From the NCBI GenBank assembly GCA_050633625.1, contig JBOEGW010000002.1, positions 565 through 64,564 on the forward strand: a stretch of 64,000 bases of DNA. Direction: 5' to 3'. The notes beneath the pieces were generated by a model, which made no database searches, was not told the origin of the DNA, and saw nothing but the letters and a program-made list of their open reading frames with translations. Shown in pieces: positions 9,478-19,057 of this stretch. The translations under genes and the position numbers were made by a program. Source of the DNA: Maritimibacter sp. (GTDB lineage: Bacteria; Pseudomonadota; Alphaproteobacteria; Rhodobacterales; Rhodobacteraceae). Within the stretch, counting starts at the first letter, position 1, and each line of letters starts with the position of its first letter.

Positions 9478-10200
9478 ATGAAATCCCTGCCTGCGCTCCT
9501 CCTCGCGCTTGCCCTTCCTGTTGCCGCTTTGGCCGAGGCCACGCCGCAAGGCGGGTCGCTCGACATCCGCATCCGCACCGCCGTCTATAACGAGAACCAG
9601 GTCTACAGGATCGAAACCGATCTTCGGCATTCAACGACGATCCATTTTGGGGCTGGGGAGAGGTTCGAGGCGGTGATTGTCGGCGACACCGAAAGCTTCC
9701 AGGTCGATCCGATCCCGGAGCTAGGTAATGTGCTGACGATCAAACCGCATGTGGCCAATGCCTCGACCAACATGACGGTGATCACCAACCGCCGCACCTA
9801 TTCCTTCCACCTGCGCGAGGGCTCGATCCCGAACCGTACCGGCATGTTCTTCGAGGTCCGCTTCCGCTACCCCGACGAGGAACGTCGCGCCTCGGCGGCC
9901 TCCCAACCCAAGGGCTATGAGGCGCCGCGCAACTACTACTACCGCGTCTCGGGGATCGGCGACTTCCGCCCCAGCCATATCTACGACGACGGGCGCTACA
10001 CGTATTTCGTCTTCCCGGAAAACACTCGTCAGCCCGCCCTCTTCAAAGCCGATGACCAGGGCCGCGAACGCACGGTCAACTGGACCCAGCAAGGCAACAC
10101 CGTCCGCGTGCTCGGGGTGAACACCTATTGGACGCTGCGCATCGGTGACGAAGCGATCTGTGCGATGCGCGACGAGAGCGCCATCTACGTGAGCAATTGA
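9478..10200 (+). CDS. virB9: VirB9 T4SS outer-membrane complex protein
   Basis: Signal peptide. VYRIETDLRHSTTIHF...TNMTVITNRRTYSFHL... is typical of VirB9/CagX/TrbG. Position before virB10. Confidence 0.85.
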   Translation: MKSLPALLLALALPVAALAEATPQGGSLDIRIRTAVYNENQVYRIETDLRHSTTIHFGAGERFEAVIVGDTESFQVDPIPELGNVLTIKPHVANASTNMTVITNRRTYSFHLREGSIPNRTGMFFEVRFRYPDEERRASAASQPKGYEAPRNYYYRVSGIGDFRPSHIYDDGRYTYFVFPENTRQPALFKADDQGRERTVNWTQQGNTVRVLGVNTYWTLRIGDEAICAMRDESAIYVSN

Positions 10201-11627
10201 CCATGGCCGATCAAACCCCTCCCGATCTACAGGACCGCCTCGACCAGTTCAGCCAGCGCGGCAAGTCCAAGCGCCGGGGCAACAGCCTCGGGGTCGGCGC
10301 GCTCGCCGCAGCCCTCGCCCTTGGCGGGGCTGGAGTGGCGTATTTCCTGGCCACCGGTCTGCAGGACGGCGACAGTGCGCTTGAGACCTCCGATGTCGAA
10401 ACTTTCCAGGACCGCCGCCCTGGCACAGGCGGGCGGCTGGAGTTCCCGCCAGACGAGACCGAGCAACGGGTCAACGATGCGCTGATCGCCGTTGAGGAAG
10501 CGCTCGACGTACCCGCCGCCCCTGCCCCGGAGGCAAGCGCCGAGGTGCTGGCCGAGATCGCCAAGCTGCGCGAGGCCCTCGCCGCCAGCCAGGCCGCGCG
10601 CAACTCGGAAATCCAGTCCGCCGTCGCCGACCTGCGCGAAGCCTTCGATGAACAGAAGGCTGCATTGGAAGCGCTTATCGCTGAGAAAGAGGCAGAGCTT
10701 GCCAACCTGCAGCGCCAGACCGAGACCCGTATCGAAGGGCTGCAAGCCATGCTCGATGCCGAACGGGCGCAGCGCGAGGGGCTCGAGGCTGAGCTGGACC
10801 GCGAGGGTTTGATTGCCGATCAGCGCCTTCTTGAGGAACGCCGCCGGCAGGAAGAGGAGCAGCGTCAGCGCGAGGCCGAACGCATCGCCGAGGAGCTTCT
10901 GACCGCTCAGATCAAATCCCCCGCCGTGGTCTTTGCCGACGGTCCGCGTGGTGGCCAAAGTGGCGCGGCGGTCGCCGATCCTGCTGCCGCTGGAACCGGG
11001 GGACCCGTGCTTTCCGGCAACGAGGCGTTCCTGCAGAGCGCGCGGCCGCTCGAGGTGCAGGAGGCCGCGCGTCTCACCCACCCCGAACGCACCCTGACCC
11101 AAGGGTCCGTCATTCAGGCCGCGCTCCAGACCGCCATCAACAGCGACTTACCCGGCTCCGTCGTCGCAGTCGTCTCCGAGCCGGTCCCGGCGTTCTCCGG
11201 AGACCGGATCCTGATCCCCCGGGGTTCCCGCCTTTTTGGCCAATACCGCTCGGGAATTGCAATGCACCAGAAGCGCATCCTGATCCTCTGGACCCGCGTC
11301 CTGACCCCGGACGGCACCTCGATGGAGATCGCCGCCGTGGGCGGGGACCAGCTCGGCCGCTCGGGTCTCACTGGCCTTGTCGACACCAGGTTCACCGAGC
11401 GCTTCGGCGGCGCGGCGCTGATTTCCGTGATTGGGGCGGCACCAGCCGTGGCGGCCGAGAGTGCCAACAATGAAACCACCAGCATCGTCCTGGGCGATGT
11501 CGGCAGCGACCTGCAGGATGCGGTCGGATCGGTCATCGCCGACCAGGTCTCAATCGCACCGACGATCTATGTCGATCAGGGGGCCGCGGTCACCGTGCTC
11601 GTTGACAGGGATGTGGTGATTTACTGA
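10197..11627 (+). CDS. virB10: VirB10 T4SS protein
   Basis: N-terminal TM, a long Ala/Glu/Gln coiled-coil and Pro-containing linker, and a C-terminal TrbI/VirB10 beta-barrel region (TLTQGSVIQAALQTAINSDLPG...ILILWTRVLTPDG). Confidence 0.9.
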   Translation: MTMADQTPPDLQDRLDQFSQRGKSKRRGNSLGVGALAAALALGGAGVAYFLATGLQDGDSALETSDVETFQDRRPGTGGRLEFPPDETEQRVNDALIAVEEALDVPAAPAPEASAEVLAEIAKLREALAASQAARNSEIQSAVADLREAFDEQKAALEALIAEKEAELANLQRQTETRIEGLQAMLDAERAQREGLEAELDREGLIADQRLLEERRRQEEEQRQREAERIAEELLTAQIKSPAVVFADGPRGGQSGAAVADPAAAGTGGPVLSGNEAFLQSARPLEVQEAARLTHPERTLTQGSVIQAALQTAINSDLPGSVVAVVSEPVPAFSGDRILIPRGSRLFGQYRSGIAMHQKRILILWTRVLTPDGTSMEIAAVGGDQLGRSGLTGLVDTRFTERFGGAALISVIGAAPAVAAESANNETTSIVLGDVGSDLQDAVGSVIADQVSIAPTIYVDQGAAVTVLVDRDVVIY

Positions 11628-12604
11628 TGGAGCAGGCATCGCCAGCCTCCTACCTCGAACGCTATCTCGACCCGTTCCGCGACCTTCTACGACGCGACGA
11701 CGTGGTCGAGATCGCGATCAACCCGGATGGCAAGGTCTGGCTGGAGATGGCGGGTGACGCCACCATGCGCCACGAAGGTCAGATCGTGGATCGCACCACC
11801 GCCCTCAACATGGCCCAGACCATCGTCGGCGACGCCAAGGCCCGCGTTTCTGAAAAGAACCCCCTCGTCTCCGGCAAGGTGGAATATGCGGGCCGCCCGC
11901 TTCGGGTCCAGGTCGCCGTGCCGCCCGCCATCGATCGCGGTGCCTCGATCACCATTCGCCTCTTCGCCTCTGGCAGCATTAGGGACTACGCCCCGGCTTA
12001 TCTCTTCGGCAAGGCCGTCTCGCTCGACGCCCTCCGCGCGGAAAAGATGAAAAACATCGCCACACTCGCCGAAGAGAACCTCGAGGCCGCGCTGCAAACC
12101 CTGATCGAGGCGCGGCTCAACATGCTGATCAGTGGTGGGACCTCGACCGGCAAAACCACCTTCGCACGGCACCTTCTGACTCATGTGAGCGAGCACGAGC
12201 GGCTGATCACCATCGAAGACGCCTTCGAGCTCTTCCCCGGCCAACCGAACACCGTCGCCCTCCTGGCAGAGCGCGGGGCCGGATCGCAACGCAGCGCCAA
12301 CGCCCTTCTCCAAGCCTCCCTCCGCATGCGCCCCGACCGTATCATCGTCGGCGAGCTGCGCGGCGCCGAGGCCTTGACGTTTCTTGAGGCCATCAACACC
12401 GGCCATGGCGGGTCGGTGTCGACGATCCACGCCGAAACCGCGGAACTCGCCATCGACCGGCTGGCGATCATGGTGCTGCAGGCTGGCACACCGCTGACCT
12501 TCGCCGAGGTGCGCGAATACATCCGCAAGTCCATCGATGTAATCGTCCAGCTCGGGCGCGCCGAGGGAAAGCGGGGGATTACGGAGTTCTATCTGCCGAG
12601 CTGA
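11627..12604 (+). CDS. virB11: VirB11 secretion ATPase
   Basis: Walker A GGTSTGKTT, Walker B/Asp box RLITIEDAFE, His box GHGGSVSTIHA. Start overlaps the virB10 stop. Confidence 0.95.
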   Translation: MEQASPASYLERYLDPFRDLLRRDDVVEIAINPDGKVWLEMAGDATMRHEGQIVDRTTALNMAQTIVGDAKARVSEKNPLVSGKVEYAGRPLRVQVAVPPAIDRGASITIRLFASGSIRDYAPAYLFGKAVSLDALRAEKMKNIATLAEENLEAALQTLIEARLNMLISGGTSTGKTTFARHLLTHVSEHERLITIEDAFELFPGQPNTVALLAERGAGSQRSANALLQASLRMRPDRIIVGELRGAEALTFLEAINTGHGGSVSTIHAETAELAIDRLAIMVLQAGTPLTFAEVREYIRKSIDVIVQLGRAEGKRGITEFYLPS

Positions 12605-12780
12605 CGGCTATTTTCTACAGGGTGGGCGGGGAGCGGTCATTCGCTGCGGCTTGAACCAATGTCGGCATTGTAGAGCCTCACACGCCGGGGGGACAACGCG
12701 CTCGATCAGAACCTACGCCAGATCGCGACCGTGTCGGCGCGTCCCCACCAACACGTTCATTTCTTTACGACCAATGCCGG

Positions 12781-13863
12781 ATGTCTACCTCGCCAATATC
12801 GTGTTACATTGACAATGGAATCACGAGGAGGAGCGGGGTTTTGCTGGAACATGCACTTGTTCTGGATTCGTTAGGGGCGCCGATCAGGCACCGGCAGAAA
12901 ACCCATTCAGCTGATTGGGACGAAGTGGAGGACTTCTGCCGGTCGGTCTATATGCGATATCGGGTGCGGCCTTTGGATCGCTTGTCCCTGCCGGATGCGA
13001 CCATGATTTCGGCGAAGGCGGGCTGTGTGACCATGACCCGGTTTGCCTACGGCACCGGCATTCACCTTGACCGTTTCGATCCTGATGCCGGAAACATCCT
13101 TGTTCTTAACACCCTGCGCGGGGCATTGGATCATCAAACCGATGGTGGCTCTATTGCAACCGCTGCCGGGGAAAGCTTTGTCGTAGATTGCTCCCGAGCC
13201 GAATATTGGCTTGAGGGTGATCCCGACCATATGCAGCTGAACCTCACGATCCCGCATCAGGCGATGGTTGATACGGCCGAGAGGTGGTTCGGTTTCGTGC
13301 CGGATGACCGCCTGTGGACGAGCCGTGTCAAGATCGGCGGCCCCAACTCAGCCTGGCCCGCGCTTCTCGATTATGCCACCCGTGCCTTAACGCGCGCGGG
13401 CGAAGTCTCATCCGACGCAGTCTTGGTGCGGCATATCGAAGAGATGCTTTGCGTCGAACTTCTGCGACAGTGGGCATCGGCCGCTGGGTTGAGCCTTGAG
13501 ACCGGGGCCCGCTGTGCAGCCCCCGGTTACGTTCGCGCGGCCGAGGAGATCATGGAAGCCGAAGCGCGCGAAGCACCTTCAATCGGCGATGTGGCCAAGC
13601 GTGTCGGCGTTTCTGCAAGGACACTGTCCGGCGGATTTCAGAAGTTTCGAGGTATTTCGCCTCGGGCATTCCTCGTGGCGCGGCGGCTTGACGGCTTTCG
13701 CCGGGATCTTGAAACTTTGCCAGCCAATGTGACCGTCACCGTGATCGCCGCAGACTGGGGCTTTTCGAACTTCGGCGCTCTGGCCGGCCGGTATCGAGAA
13801 AGGTTCGGAGAAACGCCGTCGCAGACGCGTGGTCGGGTCGCACGACGCGTCCGCCCGCACTGA
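12781..13863 (+). CDS. AraC-family transcriptional regulator
   Basis: C-terminal dual HTH: IGDVAKRVGVSARTLSGGFQKFRGISPRAFLVARRL...DWGFSNFGALAGRYRERFGETPSQTR. Confidence 0.85.
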   Translation: MSTSPISCYIDNGITRRSGVLLEHALVLDSLGAPIRHRQKTHSADWDEVEDFCRSVYMRYRVRPLDRLSLPDATMISAKAGCVTMTRFAYGTGIHLDRFDPDAGNILVLNTLRGALDHQTDGGSIATAAGESFVVDCSRAEYWLEGDPDHMQLNLTIPHQAMVDTAERWFGFVPDDRLWTSRVKIGGPNSAWPALLDYATRALTRAGEVSSDAVLVRHIEEMLCVELLRQWASAAGLSLETGARCAAPGYVRAAEEIMEAEAREAPSIGDVAKRVGVSARTLSGGFQKFRGISPRAFLVARRLDGFRRDLETLPANVTVTVIAADWGFSNFGALAGRYRERFGETPSQTRGRVARRVRPH

Positions 13864-13959
13864 CTTCGTTTCCGAAATCGGACAGAACATACCGGTTGCG
13901 AACAGCGCGGCCGATCAGTGTTCCGCATTCTTCTCTTCACATCTTCAAGGGAGGAACCA

Positions 13960-15159
13960 ATGAAGGACATCAACCCAAACGATCTGAAAATCCGGTGTGA
14001 CGCCGTTCTGAACGGACTGGGCACCGGTCCGTCGCGTGTGCCCGGGGTTGTCGCGATGGCAACGGACCGCAATGGCGATATCTACGCCGGCGCGGCCGGA
14101 GAGCGGCGGCTGGACGGCGACGCAATGACGGAGGACACGGTCTTCGCCATCTTCTCGACCACCAAGGCAATCGCTGGCACCACAGCCCTGCAATGTGTCG
14201 AGGAGGGTTTGTTGGACCTCGATGCGCCTGCGAAAAACTACGCCCCGGCCATCGGTGAGTTGAAGGTGATCGACGGGTTCGACGCGGACGGCACCCCCAG
14301 ACTGCGCGCCCCCAAAAGTGATGTCACGACCCGCCAACTGATGCTGCACACGGCCGGTTTTGGCTATGATTTCTTTAACGAGACCTATAAGCGCCTCGCC
14401 GAAGAGCAGGGCCAGCCCTCTGTCGTCACCGGCAGCCGCGCCTGCATCGAAACCCCGCTGCTATTCGATCCGGGCACGAAGTGGGAATACGGCACGAACA
14501 TCGACTGGGTCGGACAGGTCGTCGAAGGCATCCGCGGCAAACGCCTGGGCGAGGTTATGAAAGAGAGGATCTTCGACCAGCTCGGCATGCAGGATATCGC
14601 CTTTACCCGGACGCCCGACATGAAGGAGCGGACCGCGACCATCCACGCGCGGGGCGAGGATGGCGGGCTGACCCCGATGGACGACTTCGCACTACCTGAT
14701 GACCCTGAGGTCCACATGGGCGGCCACGGGCTCTACGCGACTGTGCCGGAATACATGAAGTTTATCCGCATGTGGTTGAACGACGGTGCCGGTCCGAACG
14801 GGCGGGTCCTGAAACCCGAAACCGTCGAATGGGCCGTGCAGGGCGCACTTGTCCCACCGCAGAAAGTCACCATGCTGCCCGGCGTCATTCCCTCGCTTTC
14901 GAATGATGCAGAGTTCTTTCCGGGCATACCCAAGGACTGGTCCTACACCTTCATGGTCAACACCGAAGACGCGTCCACCGGGCGCCCGGCCGGCGCCATC
15001 GGCTGGGCCGGGCTGGCGAACAGCTACTATTGGATAGATCGAAAGAATGGGATCGGCGGCTACTGGGCAACGCAGATCCTGCCGTTCGCAGATGGGGTCT
15101 CCTTTCCAGGGTATATGGATTTCGAGAGCGCGGTCTACGCGGCCCTCTCGGGGCAATAA
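13960..15159 (+). CDS. Serine hydrolase, beta-lactamase/esterase (class C-like) family
   Basis: SxxK motif [12 protein letters not shown] at 13960 preceded by GGGAGGAA. Length about 400 aa. Confidence 0.85.
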   Translation: MKDINPNDLKIRCDAVLNGLGTGPSRVPGVVAMATDRNGDIYAGAAGERRLDGDAMTEDTVFAIFSTTKAIAGTTALQCVEEGLLDLDAPAKNYAPAIGELKVIDGFDADGTPRLRAPKSDVTTRQLMLHTAGFGYDFFNETYKRLAEEQGQPSVVTGSRACIETPLLFDPGTKWEYGTNIDWVGQVVEGIRGKRLGEVMKERIFDQLGMQDIAFTRTPDMKERTATIHARGEDGGLTPMDDFALPDDPEVHMGGHGLYATVPEYMKFIRMWLNDGAGPNGRVLKPETVEWAVQGALVPPQKVTMLPGVIPSLSNDAEFFPGIPKDWSYTFMVNTEDASTGRPAGAIGWAGLANSYYWIDRKNGIGGYWATQILPFADGVSFPGYMDFESAVYAALSGQ

Positions 15160-15186
15160 CGGCATTTTCCTGCTATGCCAAAGGGC

Positions 15187-15204
15187 GGGGCGCATGCGCG
15201 CCCC
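15187..15204 (+). terminator. GC-rich hairpin downstream of the serine hydrolase gene
   Basis: GGGGCGC-ATGC-GCGCCCC is a perfect 7-bp stem 28 nt after the stop codon. No clear U-tract, so the call is weak. Confidence 0.3.
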
Positions 15205-15522
15205 GTCGGACTTGCCGGTTTTCACGCCTTAGATAGGTTATGAGATAAAGAAGCCATTGGACGGGTTTGGACCGAACGTCCGCTAAGGGCCGGAAGCGAC
15301 GCACGCGGGCGACGAGCGGGCGGTCGTCATGCTGCAACGCCGCAAGTCCGCTCCGAGCCCGAAATGTGGAATGCCGCAAATCCGCAAGATGTCCGCTGTT
15401 CGTCCGAGGGGCTTTGGTCTGTCTATACTCTCAGTGGGTGGTCATCTGAAATTCCGACCTATTTGAATAAGAGCATACGATACGCAGAATTGAAAATCTG
15501 CATTTGAAACAGGGAATAACTC

Positions 15523-16494
15523 ATGACTTCTTTTGATCTCTCGCGCCGTGGAATGATCCTCGGCGCCGCTGGCGGGGCTGCCCTTCTTGCCGCCGGACGC
15601 CCACAGGTCCTCCAGGCCGCGGCCCATACAACGGTGCCACTTCCAACCTTCTATGACCGTATGGTCGGCAATCTGCGCGTGACGACCTTACTGGACGGGT
15701 ATTTCGAGCTTGATCAGAACATGGTGACGAACCTTGAGGACGAGCAAATCGACGAAGGATTGAAGGCGGCCTATCTTGACCCTGCGGATCCGATTCCGCT
15801 GGCAATCAGTACGCACGTCATTCGCCAGGGGGACCAGGTCAGTTTGATCGATGCTGGTGCGGGCGGTTCCTTTGGACCAACAGCAGGCCGGTTGCGCACA
15901 TCGCTTGAATCGCTTGGCGTTGCACCTGAAGACGTGACGCGCGTTGTGTTGACCCACATGCACCCGGATCACATCGGGGGATTGATGGGAGATAATGGCG
16001 CGGTCTTCCCGAATGCATCTTTGCATGTCAGCGAAACCGATCATGCCTTCTGGACGGATGAGACGATCGCATCGGGTGCGCCGGAATCGTCGCAAGGTTT
16101 CTTCGCACTGGCACGTGCTGTCAGCGAAGCTTACACCCAGCGGACTGAAATGTTTGGAGACAATACCGATCTTGGTGGCGGCCTTACGACTTTGGCCATG
16201 CCGGGGCATACGCCTGGACACAGCGGGATCCGTGTGTCGGATGGCTCTGATCAGTTGATCATATGGGGAGACAGCACAGCTGTGGCGTCGCTGCAGTTTC
16301 AACACCCCGATGCCGGCATCGCCTTCGACGCAGATAGCACGCAGGCCGCCGAGACTCGCCGCCGCGTCCTGGATATGGTGGTTGCCGACAAGATTGCCGT
16401 TGCGGGCACCCATTTGCCGTTCCCCGGTATCGGCCATGTCGAAGAAAAAGACGGGGCCTACGCCTGGGTTCCAGAAGTATGGCGGCACATTTAA
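15523..16494 (+). CDS. MBL-fold metallo-hydrolase with a Tat-type signal peptide
   Basis: N-terminus SRRGMILGAAGGAALLAAG (twin-Arg). Metal motif LTHMHPDHIGG (HxHxDH). Confidence 0.85.
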   Translation: MTSFDLSRRGMILGAAGGAALLAAGRPQVLQAAAHTTVPLPTFYDRMVGNLRVTTLLDGYFELDQNMVTNLEDEQIDEGLKAAYLDPADPIPLAISTHVIRQGDQVSLIDAGAGGSFGPTAGRLRTSLESLGVAPEDVTRVVLTHMHPDHIGGLMGDNGAVFPNASLHVSETDHAFWTDETIASGAPESSQGFFALARAVSEAYTQRTEMFGDNTDLGGGLTTLAMPGHTPGHSGIRVSDGSDQLIIWGDSTAVASLQFQHPDAGIAFDADSTQAAETRRRVLDMVVADKIAVAGTHLPFPGIGHVEEKDGAYAWVPEVWRHI

Positions 16495-17124
16495 AGCGGT
16501 CGTCTCGCAAAGCCGAAAGCTGGTCGCGAATTTCCGGGCCGATTGCTACAATTAAGTAGCTGCTGAAGCCTCGGGACGGAAAAGACGAACCGCACACGCT
16601 GCGCCTGCTGAAAGGCGCTGTCGGATCAATTCCAATTTGTCCGATAGCGCTACTCGGGCGACATCATGCTGACCACCCGGGCGATTGGACCCGAAGGGTT
16701 CGGGCCCGAGACGTTGCCGTGGCAGAGATATCAGATTTTAGAATTCACAAGAATTAGGCAGTACATTGCACCGCCCCGACCTCATCCTGCCTGAACTGCG
16801 TCGTTCCGCCGCATCTAATGAGGGTAGAGGGACGTGCTTGGGAACTTGTCATCGCATGATCTTCTCTTCCTGAGTCGGCTGAGCATTGGCGTGGGCAGCA
16901 TTGGCATTGGAATTGGCATTGCCGATGCGGACAATCAAATTGGTGACGCGAACCGCAGCTTCGTCCCGCGGTGCAGTCAACCGGCATACCAACATGTTAC
17001 GGTCATGGAGCAATGTCCGCTACGCGGGCTGCAACTGCAGCATCTGAAGCGAGGGGCGAAGGTCCGGTATGGGCCGATCGCGTCAGCACCTTCGTGACGG
17101 GCCAATCACGGCATGATCAGGCCC

Positions 17125-19050
17125 TCATTCACCCAACAACTCCTCAATAAAATCCTCCTGTCGATCAAGCACCGCCTCCCATTCCTTCGGCACAGCCGCT
17201 TCCCGCTCGCGCGTCTCAGGCTCAGGTTGCCCACGCCCGCCCTCGAGCGCCATCACGCTCATCGCCCGCGCTTCACGGCGTTGCGAACGATCACGTACGA
17301 GCGCGCGTTCGGCTGGTTTGACAGTCTCGTCCACACCGGTCTCGTCACCCCCACCATCGCTCCCCCATGGCCCCACGCCCTGAACACTCGGCGGATACGG
17401 GAAGGGCTTGCCCTCCTGCCGGGCCAGCATCTCCTTGAAGAAGTGATCGTCGTAATATTTGATCCGGCTCGCCTTGATCGGGTGCTGGGGCGAGGCGAGG
17501 ATGATGACCTCGTCGGGATCCATCAGACGGGCTTCCGTCTCGGAAAGCAGCGGCCGTTCTTCCAGCCGCGCCGAAGTCGAGGTCGCGCCGAGGAAACCCT
17601 TGTTGCGACCATACATCCGGGTCACCGCCTCGCGGGTGGTGCTGCCGACAGCGGCGGACACCTCTTTCACGGTGCGCTGGTCGCGCGGGGTGATGTAGAG
17701 CTTGAGCCCTGCCCCGTTCTCGAGGCTTTCACGGCCCTCGGGCCCATAGATCCGGTCAAGAGAGGCCAGCGACTGCGCGATCATCGCGACGCGACCGCCG
17801 TAGCTCGCCAGCGAATGGATCGCGCGCTCGAGATAGGGCATCGCCCCCATCTGCTGGAATTCGTCGATCATCATCATGACCGGCCAGGGCTCATCCGGGC
17901 CAGGCTCGTTCAGGCGGATCGACGCGATGAGATCGGCGAACATCAGGCGCAGGAGCGGGGCGAGGGTCGCGATGTGATCCTCGGAGACGGCGATGTAGAG
18001 CGACTGCGGGGTCTTGCGGAAGGTCGAGAAATCGAAGTCACTCGCCTCGGTGGCCGAGCGCACGGCGGGGTTGTCCCATTGCTTGAGACCGGCGGTCATC
18101 AGCGCCTGAATGTTCGAGGTCAGCAGCCGCGACGATGCCGAGGCCGCATTGGTCCAGAGCTCGCGCAAGATGTCTTCTTCGGCCTCGTCGGCATAGGTCT
18201 TGTACTGGGCGTTCTTGTATTCGCCCCCGGCGACGATCTTGTTCACCTCGCCAAGGCTCGGCGTGCCGCGCTGGATCGCCAGTAGACAGGCGGCGACGAA
18301 GATCGACTTGCCCGCCTCAGAGAAGGTGTCGAGGGTCTTGTTGTCTTTGTCGAGGAAGAGGTCGGCCAAGATCGAGACCTCGGTGAAGCGCTGCGCGAAT
18401 GTCGGGGCCTTGGCGATCCGCGCGAGCGGGTTGTAGCGATGCGTGGCGTTGGCCCAGTCGAAGGGGCTGAAGCGATAGACCTCGTCGCCATTCAGTGCGC
18501 GAAGGCGCGCGGTCTTCTCGAAGTTCTCTCCCTTCACGTCGAGCACCACGACCGAGCCCGCAAAGCTCAGAAGGTTCGGGATCACGAAGCCGACGCCCTT
18601 ACCCGCACGGGTGGGCGCCACCATCATCACATGCGGAATGGTCGTCGAGGAGATGAACTCGGCCTTAGAGGTCGGCGCGCCGAGCTTGCCACAGACAAAG
18701 CCCTTGCCTGGGGCCTGCAGCATGTCGTTCTTCTTCAGCTCCGCCTTGGTCTGCCAATGGGCAGAACCGTAATCGTCGCGCTCCTTCTTCCAGGTCCACG
18801 CCAGTGCCAGCGCGCCGAGGCCGATCGCGCCGAAGCCGACGGCACCAAACCCCACCTTGAAGGCCTCGGGGTGCGCTGCGCGTGTAGCTGCACTCGCCTT
18901 CCAGAGCGCCAGCATGTCGAAGCTGCCAAAGCCGGTTTTCAGGGCCAGGGTCAGGTAGAAGGCGGCGACGATGGTGCCGATGACAGCACCGCAGATCACA
19001 CCGAAAAGAAGTGCTGCCCAGAGGGGAAGTGTCTTGGTCATGGTGGTCAT
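17125..19050 (-). CDS. virD4: Type IV coupling protein VirD4/TraG
   Basis: Two N-terminal TMs. Walker A APTRAGKGVG, Walker B MMMIDEFQQMG. ATG at 19050 preceded by AAGGGGAG. Confidence 0.95.
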   Translation of the reverse strand: MTTMTKTLPLWAALLFGVICGAVIGTIVAAFYLTLALKTGFGSFDMLALWKASAATRAAHPEAFKVGFGAVGFGAIGLGALALAWTWKKERDDYGSAHWQTKAELKKNDMLQAPGKGFVCGKLGAPTSKAEFISSTTIPHVMMVAPTRAGKGVGFVIPNLLSFAGSVVVLDVKGENFEKTARLRALNGDEVYRFSPFDWANATHRYNPLARIAKAPTFAQRFTEVSILADLFLDKDNKTLDTFSEAGKSIFVAACLLAIQRGTPSLGEVNKIVAGGEYKNAQYKTYADEAEEDILRELWTNAASASSRLLTSNIQALMTAGLKQWDNPAVRSATEASDFDFSTFRKTPQSLYIAVSEDHIATLAPLLRLMFADLIASIRLNEPGPDEPWPVMMMIDEFQQMGAMPYLERAIHSLASYGGRVAMIAQSLASLDRIYGPEGRESLENGAGLKLYITPRDQRTVKEVSAAVGSTTREAVTRMYGRNKGFLGATSTSARLEERPLLSETEARLMDPDEVIILASPQHPIKASRIKYYDDHFFKEMLARQEGKPFPYPPSVQGVGPWGSDGGGDETGVDETVKPAERALVRDRSQRREARAMSVMALEGGRGQPEPETREREAAVPKEWEAVLDRQEDFIEELLGE

Positions 19051-19057
19051 CTCCCCT

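Noticed and set aside
16870-16930. Short GCATTG/GGCATTG reiteration (gcattggcgtgggcagcattggcattggaattggcattgcc) and surrounding small ORFs in the 16.5-17.1 kb gap.
   Set aside because: There are only a few irregular copies, with no spacer/repeat architecture (so not CRISPR). The ORFs (for example 16754..16987) translate to Cys/Gln-rich nonsense. It is probably decayed sequence.
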